Numbered from the whole stretch's first letter, positions 31,372 through 41,301 are shown. The stretch: 63,469 nucleotides of DNA, filler included, from 7 parts of 7 records of this genome joined end to end with filler, not necessarily neighbours in it; one strand, 5' to 3'. The notes: generated from the sequence alone by a model not told the origin. A program made the numbers and translations.

Positions 31372-31450
31372 AACGCTATATTTAATTTTATTTGTTAATT
31401 TTAAAATATCTGGTGTTTTACCATGCTAAATATCCAGATATTTGTATATT

Positions 31451-31458
31451 CAAATTTA
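31451..31458 (-). promoter_or_regulatory. Bacteroidota -7 promoter element for the sqr operon
   Basis: The minus strand reads TAAATTTG, matching TAnnTTTG, about 80 bp upstream of sqr. Confidence 0.45.
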
Positions 31459-31491
31459 CGCAAAGGTTTCCCTTGCGTTATACAAAACCAT

Positions 31492-31522
31492 ATGATGATT
31501 ATCATGGTATGATAAATATCAT
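31492..31522. promoter_or_regulatory. Two tandem Fnr-like boxes
   Basis: ATGAT-GATT-ATCAT (31492-31505) and ATGAT-AAAT-ATCAT (31509-31522) lie between the divergent sqr and crp/fnr genes. The Fnr consensus is TTGAT-N4-ATCAA. Confidence 0.6.
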
Positions 31523-31545
31523 ATGGTCGCCAAAAGAATAAGAAT

Positions 31546-32229
31546 ATGGACCCAGGTTGTAATTGTGATAAGTGTGAGCTCAAAGGACTTTTTTTTCATA
31601 GTGTTTCGGAAGAAGAGTTATTTGCGGTGTGCAATAGTAAAAGTGAATTAGAACACAAAAAAGGTGAGGTAATTATTGAACAAGGAGCTTCAATTAAAGA
31701 TTTCATATATCTCAAAAGTGGTTTAGTGAAATTGTATAAAACTTCGAAGGATCAGGAGCAAATATTGAAATTTGCAGGGCCTTTTGATTTTGTGAGTATC
31801 CTCAATATTTTTAGCAATAGTAAATACCAGTATTCAGTGCAAGCTTTGGAAGACTCAGTAACATGCCATGTTGATTTTAATGACATTAGGAACATGGTGC
31901 TTGAGAATGGTGTATTTGCCCATGGTTTGTTGCAAAAAATGGGACAGGTGTCTGATGATATCATTCAGGAATCACTGGAGATTCGTCGTCATAATTTAAA
32001 AGGACGTATAGCCATTGTATTACTCTATTTTGCCAATAGGGTATATGAAAGCAATGAGTATGAATTACCGTTATCACGTAAAGAAATTGCAGAGTATATT
32101 GGTAAAACAACAGAAAATGTGATACGTGCTTTATCTGATTTTCGGAAAAGCGGAATTATTAAGATTTATGGCAAGTCAATTGAGATTGTTGATAAAGATA
32201 GATTGGAAAGGTTATCAAAATTTGGCTAA
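31546..32229 (+). CDS. Crp/Fnr family regulator with N-terminal Cys cluster
   Basis: N-terminal CNCDKC, cNMP-binding fold, HTH SRKEIAEYIGKTTENVIRALS. Confidence 0.9.
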   Translation: MDPGCNCDKCELKGLFFHSVSEEELFAVCNSKSELEHKKGEVIIEQGASIKDFIYLKSGLVKLYKTSKDQEQILKFAGPFDFVSILNIFSNSKYQYSVQALEDSVTCHVDFNDIRNMVLENGVFAHGLLQKMGQVSDDIIQESLEIRRHNLKGRIAIVLLYFANRVYESNEYELPLSRKEIAEYIGKTTENVIRALSDFRKSGIIKIYGKSIEIVDKDRLERLSKFG

Positions 32230-32241
32230 ATTTACTATTGA

Positions 32242-33858
32242 ATGCGCCAGTTTATTAAAATACTATTTATCATTGTTTTGTCTGCTAGTAGTTGGATTAA
32301 TCAGTTGCAAGCAAGCTCTTCAATAACGGATACTGTTTTCCGTGTTGGTTTGCCACTAGTTCAAGGATTTATGTATATTGATGAAAATGACAATCCAAGA
32401 GGCTTTCCGCTAGAGATTTTAGCAGAACTTTGTAAGCAAGAAGGTGTCAAAATAAAATGGATTGAAGGCTCCTGGCCACTCCTATTTGAGAAGTTAAAAA
32501 TAGGTGAGATTGATATTTTGCCAGGTACTCAGGTTACTGATGAAAGGAAACAGTATATTGATTACTTGGAAACACCACTTTACACTATGTGGAGCGAATT
32601 GTATATCTCTGAGAATAGTAAATTTAAAAATCTATCCTCATTAAATGGAAAAGTAATTGCTTTAGTTTTAGATGATAACAATGCTATTGGTTTTGTTAAT
32701 TATATCGAAGGGTTCAATATTGATTATGATACGTTATTATTTCATTCACACAAAGACGCTTTAAAATCACTCCATGATGGTGAGGTGTTTGCTATGGCTG
32801 GCCCGGCATTAAGAACTTTGAAGAATCCATATGAAGGAGTAAAAAGCTCCGGACTCTATTTTAATCCTACTGATTTAAGCGTTTCTTTTCCAAAAAACAA
32901 GAATGTTGAGTTAAGAAATAAATTGTCAAAAAGATTGGAGGTCCTTAAAAAAGATCCTGGTTCTGTTTATTACAAATTAATGAGACATTATGGTTTGGCC
33001 AGAATTACACATGAAAAAGAAATTACACCAAAATGGGTTCGGGGGGTAATTTTTGGAACTATTATATTTGTTTTGTTTGCAATTCTTTTTATCATTTTAT
33101 TGAGGCAGCAGGTTGCCATTAAAACAAGAGAGTTAAGAGAAGCTAAAGATTTTGCAGAAAAGAGTAATCAGCTTAAAACCGATTTTTTGCGCAATATGTC
33201 GCATGAAATACGTACTCCAATGAATGCTGTTATGGGATTCTGTGATATGATGCAGCGCTTACCGGAAGGTAGTAATAAGCATGTAAAATACGCAAAAATA
33301 ATTGGAGATAATTCGAATTCTTTACTTCAAATTATCGAGAATATATTGAAAATTTCTCTCTTAATATCCGATCAGGTAAAAATTGCTCCTAAGCAATTTT
33401 TTCTTAAAGACTTCTGTAAAGAACTCGAAGCAAAATATAAGACTATTTCAAGGGTTAAAGATATTTCTATTGATTTTTCATGTCCATATGGCGAAGAGGA
33501 GGTTATGCTAGACGATTTCAAATTAAGAAGCACTTTAGAATATATCATTGATAATGCAATTAAGTTTTCGACACATAATAATCACTCAGGTAAAATAGAG
33601 GTAAAATCTCAATTAAAAGAACAGTTTTTGCATATAGAAATAGTTGATAATGGTATTGGTATTTCTAAAGATAAGATCCAAGAAATATTTGAACCATTTG
33701 TTCAGGAAAGTCCTCAAATTAAATTTGAATTTGGTGGACTGGGCTTGGGCCTTTCTATTGCCCGCCAATATGTGATTCTAATGGGTGGTCATATCGATGC
33801 CTTCTCTGACAAAGATAAAGGAACCATTATTAGGATTCAGATTCCACTTAGTACCTAG
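32242..33858 (+). CDS. Sensor histidine kinase with periplasmic SBP (family 3) domain
   Basis: H-box NMSHEIRTPMN, N-box DNAIKF, G1 DNGIGI, G2 GLGLGLSI, with one TM after the SBP domain. Confidence 0.9.
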   Translation: MRQFIKILFIIVLSASSWINQLQASSSITDTVFRVGLPLVQGFMYIDENDNPRGFPLEILAELCKQEGVKIKWIEGSWPLLFEKLKIGEIDILPGTQVTDERKQYIDYLETPLYTMWSELYISENSKFKNLSSLNGKVIALVLDDNNAIGFVNYIEGFNIDYDTLLFHSHKDALKSLHDGEVFAMAGPALRTLKNPYEGVKSSGLYFNPTDLSVSFPKNKNVELRNKLSKRLEVLKKDPGSVYYKLMRHYGLARITHEKEITPKWVRGVIFGTIIFVLFAILFIILLRQQVAIKTRELREAKDFAEKSNQLKTDFLRNMSHEIRTPMNAVMGFCDMMQRLPEGSNKHVKYAKIIGDNSNSLLQIIENILKISLLISDQVKIAPKQFFLKDFCKELEAKYKTISRVKDISIDFSCPYGEEEVMLDDFKLRSTLEYIIDNAIKFSTHNNHSGKIEVKSQLKEQFLHIEIVDNGIGISKDKIQEIFEPFVQESPQIKFEFGGLGLGLSIARQYVILMGGHIDAFSDKDKGTIIRIQIPLST

Positions 33859-34074
33859 TCTTATTAAATTGCCATGTACGAAATCCCTTCGTAGTGTGCG
33901 TTAGCGCACAAAAAAGATGTTAAGGTCTTTTTTAACAAATCTGTAATTTGCTGATATACAGAACAATTGTGTTTTTGGCATTAATTTAGTCTAAATAAGT
34001 GTAACATAACGACGAATTAAGCGTCATACACACAGAAAATAATTAATAAAATGAACCTAATAAAACTTAAAAAA

Positions 34075-34425
34075 ATGAAAAGCCTTAAAACTTTAACCGT
34101 ACTAATGACAATGATTTTCGCATTTGCCTTAACAACTAATGTAAATGCTTCAGAATTTTCAAAAAACAAAGCTGTACAATTAGAAAAAGTACAAAATGCA
34201 ATGGATCGCGCAGTTGATTTTCCACAAGAAGCACGTGATCTTGGTATTACAGGAACAGTAAAAGCACAAATAGAAGTTGGAATAGACGGCAAAATCGAGG
34301 TAGAAGCCATTAATGGTCATCCTGAATTGACTGCCTATGTTTCAAAGCAACTTCAGAAAGTATCAATTGATGATGTTTCATTAAGTGGACAATCATTCAT
34401 CGCAAAATTTGATTTCAGAAATTAA
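34075..34425 (+). CDS. Small secreted TonB C-terminal-like protein
   Basis: Signal peptide; VDFPQEARDLGITGTVKAQIEVGIDGKI. Confidence 0.6.
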   Translation: MKSLKTLTVLMTMIFAFALTTNVNASEFSKNKAVQLEKVQNAMDRAVDFPQEARDLGITGTVKAQIEVGIDGKIEVEAINGHPELTAYVSKQLQKVSIDDVSLSGQSFIAKFDFRN

Positions 34426-34458
34426 TTCAAATTAATAAAGCAAGTAGTTTTGGTTAAG

Positions 34459-34487
34459 GCCGCAGCAGTATTGTTGCGGTTTTTTTT
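34459..34487 (+). terminator. Rho-independent terminator
   Basis: GCCGCAGCA-GTAT-TGTTGCGGT followed by a T-tract. Confidence 0.75.
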
Positions 34488-34569
34488 GTTTTAAACCATT
34501 AAGAAGTTAAGTATAATTAAGCTTACTAATTATCGTCTTAACTAACCTTAATATTGGTTACTGAGCGAA

Positions 34570-34669
34570 NNNNNNNNNNNNNNNNNNNNNNNNNNNNNNN
34601 NNNNNNNNNNNNNTTAATTAATTAANNNNNNNNNNNNNNNNNNNNNNNNNNNNNNNNNNNNNNNNNNNN
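34570..34669. other. Artificial contig spacer
   Basis: N44-TTAATTAATTAA-N44. Confidence 0.98.
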
Positions 34670-34944
34670 TAGTAAGCAATGGTAATTGATGTGATAAAAA
34701 AGATAACGGTACCAAGGTAAGCTAGGTATTTCTTTTTTAACATTAGTTTTGGTACAAGTAACCAGTGGTTAAGCAAAAACAAGGGAAGTAGTAAAATTCT
34801 GTCTTGCCAGATTTTTAGTGTGTTTCTCCAAACAATTCCGTTTTCATCTCTTGAAAAGATAACGGGTAAAATAAAAAGTAGCGAGAAGAGAAATACCATA
34901 AGAATGATATCCATGTTTTTAATGTATGATTTCTTTTCCCGCAT
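34670..34944 (-). CDS. N-terminal membrane part of a probable LytS/YehU-type sensor kinase (3' partial)
   Basis: TM segments with LFLLNHWLLVPKLMLKKKYLAYL, typical of Bacteroidota LytS-like kinases. The kinase core lies off the contig. Confidence 0.5.
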
Positions 34945-34999
34945 ATTACAAATTTATAAAGCCTTTGTGCATTTGAAAGTTTTTGGTGCAATAACTGGT

Positions 35000-36310
35000 T
35001 TATTTAAAAAAGAAATCGGTATTGGCTATTTCTGGCATTGGAATAGACTCAGAATATAAAAATGCCCCGGAGGGATCAACATAACCTAGGTCATTGGCCA
35101 GGTTATTTAGTTGACTTTTTTGGCTTTCATCTAAGGAATGATAAATTTCGGTAAAACTTGTGGCGTATAAATAAATAATTTCTCCATCGTATTCTCCGTA
35201 GGTTTCTGATAACGAAAGAACACTTGATTCGTCTGGCACATTTCCTTCGAGGAACTCACGCAATTCCTTTGCGATGGTTTCACGTGTTTCAACTATCGAC
35301 AGTAAGGCCGATTTTTGGTCGTTAACAACAGTTTCTATTTTGTTATATTGATCTGAAGTAAGAATATTGAAAAAGTTCTGACCAGCCGATGCTGTTAACT
35401 GATCATCGATTGTATAATCCGGATTTCCCATGGCGGGCCAGTCTTTTAAATAAAATGAACCAAAATATGTGCCTTGTCTTTCGGGACAAAAATAAGTATC
35501 GCCTGTAACCGAGCCGGCATACCAGGTATAAATCTCGCTGGCATAGGTCATTACAGCTACGTTTATATCTTTATCAAGCTCAAACTCATCTAGCTGATTG
35601 CTTAGTTCAGCAGGCCAGTTACCTATGCCTTCCAAATCGTATAAGGTTTTAATTTGTTCTTTCTGATCGGTAGATAGCGAATTAACTACTTCGCCAAATA
35701 ATTTGGCACGTCCGTAACTGATCTCTCCATCAAGTAAATACAACTCTGCTGAATAATCCTTGATTGCCTGTAAGTTTAATCTAGTTGTGCCATCTGGTAT
35801 ATCGCTTTCAAGTAATCTGCGAAAGGCTTTGCACAAAACAAATCTCTTATACCCATATTCATTTATTTGATCAATTTGCCCGTTTGCAGCATTTATAAAT
35901 AATTGAACCTGTTCATCGGTGAGGATCGTCAGTATATTATTGGCAATAATTGTTACAAAATTGGTATTGTGCCCAAGGCTGGTTTGATCGTTATCTCTGA
36001 AATACTGGAAGCCATTGTAATCGGCTACTTTTCCCGGAGGAAGAAATGTTTGAGCTCCCAAATTGCCGGTCATAAAACCAATGGCATCAAATGCAATGGT
36101 ATTTCGTTGTGCTTCATCCGAAGTAGCCTGTTCAATATTGTGCTTGGGATTAATGAAAGGTTCACCGCTTATGGAAAAATCCGCTTCTTCAATATTTTCT
36201 GTTTCATCCTTATTACACGACTCTGAAAAAACAAATAGTATGATCAAAATCAGAAATGGTGTAAGTCTACTTAAATTATATCTGCTGGTTTCAAGCTTAA
36301 TTTTTTTCAT
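35000..36310 (-). CDS. Hypothetical lipoprotein with four LTXXQ-like motifs
   Basis: Lipobox-like SESC; motifs LTDEQ, LSTDQ, LTSDQ and LDESQ; acidic and helical. Confidence 0.6.
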   Translation of the reverse strand: MKKIKLETSRYNLSRLTPFLILIILFVFSESCNKDETENIEEADFSISGEPFINPKHNIEQATSDEAQRNTIAFDAIGFMTGNLGAQTFLPPGKVADYNGFQYFRDNDQTSLGHNTNFVTIIANNILTILTDEQVQLFINAANGQIDQINEYGYKRFVLCKAFRRLLESDIPDGTTRLNLQAIKDYSAELYLLDGEISYGRAKLFGEVVNSLSTDQKEQIKTLYDLEGIGNWPAELSNQLDEFELDKDINVAVMTYASEIYTWYAGSVTGDTYFCPERQGTYFGSFYLKDWPAMGNPDYTIDDQLTASAGQNFFNILTSDQYNKIETVVNDQKSALLSIVETRETIAKELREFLEGNVPDESSVLSLSETYGEYDGEIIYLYATSFTEIYHSLDESQKSQLNNLANDLGYVDPSGAFLYSESIPMPEIANTDFFFK

Positions 36311-36473
36311 ACTGTCTTATTTTATGTTTGCTATTCTATTGTTAAGAACGCAAAAACAGGTGAATCTAATGAATTGGATCAATGTAATTGCTGAAAATCT
36401 AAGCGAAATTACCTTCTTACTCAGTAACTATATTTGTAAAGAAGAGAGTTATGGAGTCTTATTCTAATCGAAA

Positions 36474-37634
36474 TTAAAAATGATGGTGGATACTTTCTTC
36501 CAAATAAGGGTGATTCTTGGGAACCAAAGCAGCTTTGGTAAGAGCCGTTGAAACAACCAGTGTAAATAATCCGGCAAAACCCAGAAAAGTTCCAACTTCC
36601 AATAACCCAAATTTTGCTTCATGTACTGTTGGTGGCCAAATGATGTAATAGAGTTCGGTATATTGTCCGATTATTAATACAATAATTACGGGAATCATAA
36701 TCATTTTTGAGCGCGATGACTTACGAGGCATTAAAACCAGGAAAGGAATTGCCCAGTTTAGAACAATATTAGCGAAAAACAAAATCTTATAAGTTCCATG
36801 CCAGCGGTGTACAAACCATGCGGTTTCTTCCGGAATGTTTCCGTACCAGATCAGCATAAATTCGGCAAAGTTGAAATAACCCCATACAATGCTGGCCATA
36901 AAAATGTAACGTGTAAAGTCGTGCAGGTGGCTGCTGTTTAGCTCAGGGAATTTACCTTGTTTAGACAACAGAATAACAATTAAAGCAATTATAGCAGAAG
37001 CGTGAAGTACGCCAGCCATAAAACTTTTTCCGGCAAAAAGGGTGCTAAACCAATGTGGTTCAAGCGACATGAGCATATCCACTGAGAACAAACTAAACGA
37101 AAGAGCCAAAACAAAAATCAATATTTTTGACCAGAATTCCGACTTTTCAAAGTATCGCATTCCAGCAACTTCATCTTCTTTTAAGGAAAATTTTCGAAGT
37201 ACCCTGGTAAGTACAATCCAGGCTGCAAAAAAGAGAATTATCCTCGCAAAGAAAAACGGAATGTTAAGGTAAGGCGATTTATGTTGAAGGATGTGATCGT
37301 GTTGAACCACTTCCTCGTGCGTCCATTCAAAAATGGTGTGCATGCCAAAAAACAAAAGCAGAAAAAGAACTGCTGCATATGGAATATAGGCTGTCATTGC
37401 TTCGGGAACTCTTTTGAGCATGGCCGACCAACCCGACTGGGTAACGTATTGAATGGCTCCAAAAAATGCCGCACCTATTGCAAGTGAAATAAAATAATAG
37501 TTGTTTAGAAGATAATTTGCCCAGGCTCGCTTGGCATCGAATATTAATCCTAAAGCAAATGAAACAACACCAATGCCTATTAAAACATAGGTAATTAGTT
37601 TGAATTTCCTGGATAAAACTACGCGGTCTTCCAT
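36474..37634 (-). CDS. actF: Alternative complex III subunit ActF
   Basis: Polytopic; MSLEPHWFSTLF, MLIWYGNIPEET, terminal PYLEESIHHHF; operon position. Confidence 0.88.
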   Translation of the reverse strand: MEDRVVLSRKFKLITYVLIGIGVVSFALGLIFDAKRAWANYLLNNYYFISLAIGAAFFGAIQYVTQSGWSAMLKRVPEAMTAYIPYAAVLFLLLFFGMHTIFEWTHEEVVQHDHILQHKSPYLNIPFFFARIILFFAAWIVLTRVLRKFSLKEDEVAGMRYFEKSEFWSKILIFVLALSFSLFSVDMLMSLEPHWFSTLFAGKSFMAGVLHASAIIALIVILLSKQGKFPELNSSHLHDFTRYIFMASIVWGYFNFAEFMLIWYGNIPEETAWFVHRWHGTYKILFFANIVLNWAIPFLVLMPRKSSRSKMIMIPVIIVLIIGQYTELYYIIWPPTVHEAKFGLLEVGTFLGFAGLFTLVVSTALTKAALVPKNHPYLEESIHHHF

Positions 37635-37646
37635 AGTTGGTATTTT

Positions 37647-38204
37647 TTATTTCTGCAATTCTTCTTTAATGTACATTGTAATTTTCCAACGATCTTCAGG
37701 TTGAATCATAGAGCCGTGTTCAGCCATAATACCATGCCCCACAGTTATCACATGATAGAAATCTCCATCGGGAGCAGTCATCATTTTTTCGCTAAGCAAG
37801 CTTGCCGGGGGGTAGGTGTATTTTTTATTCACATATAACGACCCTTGTCCATCGCCCTTTTCACCGTGGCACTGCAAGCAGTATATTCCGTACATTTTTT
37901 TTCCCCGGTATATATTTTCCTGGTTTGTTTCCAATTCGTTAACCAGAGTAACTGCTGCTAAAGCGCGGTCTTTATCCGTTTTTTCGTATGCATAAGGTAT
38001 CGTTCCGCGAGGTATCGTTCCCGGAACAGGAGGTTGCATGGTTTTGCCATCAGCAAAATTTGGATTTGGAGTGTAGCTCTCGTATGCCGGCGAATTGGTC
38101 ATATCGCCCATATATTCCCATCCGGTTGTTCTGCGGTTGTAATCGCACGACAAAAAGGCGAAGACCAAAAATCCGAAAAGAACAATATGTCTAAATTTTT
38201 CCAT
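37647..38204 (-). CDS. actE: Alternative complex III monoheme cytochrome c lipoprotein ActE
   Basis: Lipobox LSC, EYMGDM, PVPGTIPRG, CLQCH. Confidence 0.88.
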   Translation of the reverse strand: MEKFRHIVLFGFLVFAFLSCDYNRRTTGWEYMGDMTNSPAYESYTPNPNFADGKTMQPPVPGTIPRGTIPYAYEKTDKDRALAAVTLVNELETNQENIYRGKKMYGIYCLQCHGEKGDGQGSLYVNKKYTYPPASLLSEKMMTAPDGDFYHVITVGHGIMAEHGSMIQPEDRWKITMYIKEELQK

Positions 38205-38213
38205 TTTGCTTAC

Positions 38214-38711
38214 TTATTCAATTGTTCCGTGCTCCTTTATAATTAACTCAATGTTTGCAATGTCGTTGTTTGAGTTTTGCTTGTCGAATACCATAACAAA
38301 ACGATCATCGGTGGCTCTTTCATGAAAAATCTTTGCTTTTTTGCCCGGGAATATTTTTGCCCGTGCCGAAAAGGTGAACAGGGTTAGCAGGGTAATCGAT
38401 AGTATTGTTGCTACAATCGTGACGACAATGAAAGATGGAAACGAATTAAAGGGTTTTCCACCATAATTTAAGGGCCAGCTAAAACCGGCAGCATAGGTTA
38501 AAAATCCAAGGATTCCCAGGGCTGCAAACAATCCATAGAAAAAAGCTGCATGGGTAATTCGTGTTTTTATTGGCATTCCTTCCAGAATTTCGTGTACGGG
38601 ATAGGGGGTGAAAACCTCCATAGGTGTTACACCTTTTTCTTTTAGTTTTTCGAAAGCATCAACTAAAGTCGCTTCATCTTCAAATACACCTAGAATATAT
38701 TTTTTATTCAT
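38214..38711 (-). CDS. actD: Alternative complex III subunit ActD (DUF3341)
   Basis: VFTPYPVH, WPLNYGGKP, RATDDRF; two TMs. Confidence 0.88.
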   Translation of the reverse strand: MNKKYILGVFEDEATLVDAFEKLKEKGVTPMEVFTPYPVHEILEGMPIKTRITHAAFFYGLFAALGILGFLTYAAGFSWPLNYGGKPFNSFPSFIVVTIVATILSITLLTLFTFSARAKIFPGKKAKIFHERATDDRFVMVFDKQNSNNDIANIELIIKEHGTIE

Positions 38712-40089
38712 GATGCTTTTCTTTTAGTTGTCCATTATTTAGCTTATCAAATTTTGCCACACTTTTTAGTTCCGAGATGGCAATCATAGGAATGTAGCGG
38801 AAGAACAGCAGCACTCCGGCAATAAACATTCCCAGCGTTCCTACAAAGAATCCAATCTCTACCCATGAAGGCGAGTAACTTGTCCAGGTAGATGGTAAGT
38901 AATCGCGGCTTAGCGAGGTAACAACAATATTAAAACGTTCGAACCACATTCCGATATTGATGATAATGGAGATGACAAATACAATCCACATACGCCGACG
39001 AACAGCCTTAAACCAAAACAGTTGCGGAATTACGGCATTGGCTGTAAACATGGCCCAAAACTGGAAAGCATAATCGCCAAATAATCGGTTTTTAAAGAAC
39101 ATGTAGAATTCATATTCTGAAGCCGAATACCAGGCCATAAAAATTTCGGTGAGGTAAGCAGTTCCCATAATCAATGAGATAAAAATTAGGATTCTGCAAA
39201 TTGCATCAACGTGACGATCGGTTATAAAATCATTCATTTTATACAGGCTGCGCATGGTTATTACAAGTGTTAACACCATTGCAAAACCTGAGAAAATTGC
39301 TCCAATTACAAAGTAAGGAGGAAAAATGGTGGTATGCCATCCCGGTTCAACCGAAACGGCAAAGTCGGTGGAAACTATGGAGTGTACCGAAACTACAAGA
39401 ACAGCAGCAATACCACCGAGCACAAAACTTAGGCCTTCAAAACGTAGCCATTCGCGGCTCGATCCCGTCCATCCAAAGGCAAAGAAACCATAAACTGTTT
39501 TTTTTATTTTTGATTTTGCTGTGTCGCGAATGGTAGCAAAATCAGGAACCATACCAAAATACCAGAAACTGGCAGAGATTAAGAGGTAGGCCGAAATGGC
39601 CACAAAATCCCAGAAGAGAGGAGAATTAAAATTCACCCAAAGTGGGCCACGGGTATTCGGATAAGGGAATATGTAGAAAAATAGCCAGGGACGTCCCATG
39701 TGTAAAAGTGGAAATAAGCTGGCACAAAAAACAGCAACAACTGTCATTGCTTCTGCTGCACGGTTAATTGCTGTTCTCCATTTTTGGCGTAATATCAAAA
39801 GGAAAATTGAAAAAGCGGTTCCGGCATGTCCAATCCCGATCCACCAAACAAAATTGATGATTGCCCATCCCCAGGCTACCGAGTTATTTACGCCCCATGT
39901 TCCAATTCCTGTAGAGACAGTAATGTATTTGCAATAGAGACCAAAGCCAAACATTCCAAGGCTGACAAGCATCGCTGCATACCACCACAACGGAGTTTTG
40001 GCATGGATCGGTTTCAAAATTTCTTTCGATATCTGCCCATACGACTTATCGCCATCAATTAGTTTTCCTCTTACGGCTGAATTGTACAT
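38704..40089 (-). CDS. actC: Alternative complex III NrfD-family subunit ActC
   Basis: NFVWWIGIGHAGT, NRAAEAMT, HMGRPW, LVVSVHSIVSTDF, GMWFERF. Confidence 0.92.
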   Translation of the reverse strand: MYNSAVRGKLIDGDKSYGQISKEILKPIHAKTPLWWYAAMLVSLGMFGFGLYCKYITVSTGIGTWGVNNSVAWGWAIINFVWWIGIGHAGTAFSIFLLILRQKWRTAINRAAEAMTVVAVFCASLFPLLHMGRPWLFFYIFPYPNTRGPLWVNFNSPLFWDFVAISAYLLISASFWYFGMVPDFATIRDTAKSKIKKTVYGFFAFGWTGSSREWLRFEGLSFVLGGIAAVLVVSVHSIVSTDFAVSVEPGWHTTIFPPYFVIGAIFSGFAMVLTLVITMRSLYKMNDFITDRHVDAICRILIFISLIMGTAYLTEIFMAWYSASEYEFYMFFKNRLFGDYAFQFWAMFTANAVIPQLFWFKAVRRRMWIVFVISIIINIGMWFERFNIVVTSLSRDYLPSTWTSYSPSWVEIGFFVGTLGMFIAGVLLFFRYIPMIAISELKSVAKFDKLNNGQLKEKHHE

Positions 40090-40095
40090 AGGCTT

Positions 40096-40624
40096 TTATG
40101 CTTTTTTGTTTCTTACTTTGGTTAGGTATCCCACCGACGGCAGGGTGTGTAGCTCTTCCAGCAAATGATAGTTCCTTTCATTTTTAAAGAACCTTGAGAT
40201 TTTACTTTCCGGATCTTTCAAATCTCCAAATACCAATGCATCAACCGGGCAAGACTGAACACATGCCGGTTGTATTTCTCCATCCTGCAATTTTCTGGCA
40301 TCCACTTTGGCTTCTGCTTTTTTTTCCTGAATTCGCTGAACACAGAACGAACATTTTTCAACCACACCGCGTGCACGCACCGTTACATCCGGATTCAATA
40401 CCATTCTGCCTAAATCGCTGTTTGAAGCAAAGTCAAACTCCGGATTTCGCACATACTGGAACCAGTTAAAACGCCGTACTTTATACGGACAGTTGTTAAT
40501 ACAATATTTGGTTCCCACACAACGGTTGTAAGCCATTTGGTTTAAACCTTCGTCGCTATGCGGTGTCGCCGAAACCGGGCATACATTTTCACATGGTGCA
40601 TTATCGCAATGCTGGCACATTACA
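40096..40624 (-). CDS. actB: Alternative complex III subunit ActB, Fe-S C-terminal part (5' partial)
   Basis: CQHCDNAPCENVCP, CVGTKYCINNCPY, RGVVEKCSFC, CVQSCP. Confidence 0.9.
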
Positions 40625-40724
40625 NNNNNNNNNNNNNNNNNNNNNNNNNNNNNNNNNNNNNNNNNNNNTTAATTAATTAANNNNNNNNNNNNNNNNNNNN
40701 NNNNNNNNNNNNNNNNNNNNNNNN
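40625..40724. other. Artificial contig spacer
   Basis: N44-TTAATTAATTAA-N44. Confidence 0.98.
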
Positions 40725-40769
40725 GAGATTCAGGAGAAGTACCTGCATTTCAAAGCCGGTCTGAGCATC

Positions 40770-41016
40770 CAGGGAAGCGAACAGATCCCGGGCACCGCCC
40801 GTATTGAATGGATGGAAGTGCTCAAGAGACGGTGGACAACCGCAAGACGCCCTAAAAGAATTCCCAGGGGAAGACCGAAAATTACGGCCAGCGAAAATCC
40901 CGATCCCACACGAATCAGACTTGCGCCGGCATCTTGGAAAAACCGGCCCGCATAAGGGGCTTCCCCCGGCGTACCGCAAATATAGTTTATCCCTGCTTTT
41001 GCGATCTCCATGGGGT
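40770..41016 (-). pseudogene. Internal fragment of a SsuC/TauC-type ABC permease
   Basis: DAGASLIRVGSGFSLAVIFGLPLGILLGR...IRAVPGI. The N-terminus is missing and similarity is lost after ICSLPW. Boundaries are approximate. Confidence 0.6.
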
Positions 41017-41301
41017 ACTGAATTCGATATGCTCCTTGAATATCCCAGCCTGAACCGTCAGAGAACAAAACCGGCAATCAAAGGGACATGCCGCCACATT
41101 GATGCCCACATGGAAATGGTTCTCCCCTTTTCCATGGAATTGGGTTCTTGAAAGATTATCCGCCGCCTGCATGAGGGCGAAGGTCTCCTTTGAACCCGGC
41201 TCCAGATGCATGAGGCGGACGGCATCTTCCCGGGAAATACCCGATGAATCGCCGCCCCGGTTTAAAATTTCAGCAACTTCAGGTGAAATGCGCCATCCCA
41301 T
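41015..41301 (-). pseudogene. N-terminal fragment of a biotin-synthase-like radical SAM protein
   Basis: AAGGAG RBS, ATG at 41301 and CPFDCRFC (CX3CX2C), followed by an abrupt junction into the permease fragment after about 95 aa. Confidence 0.65.
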
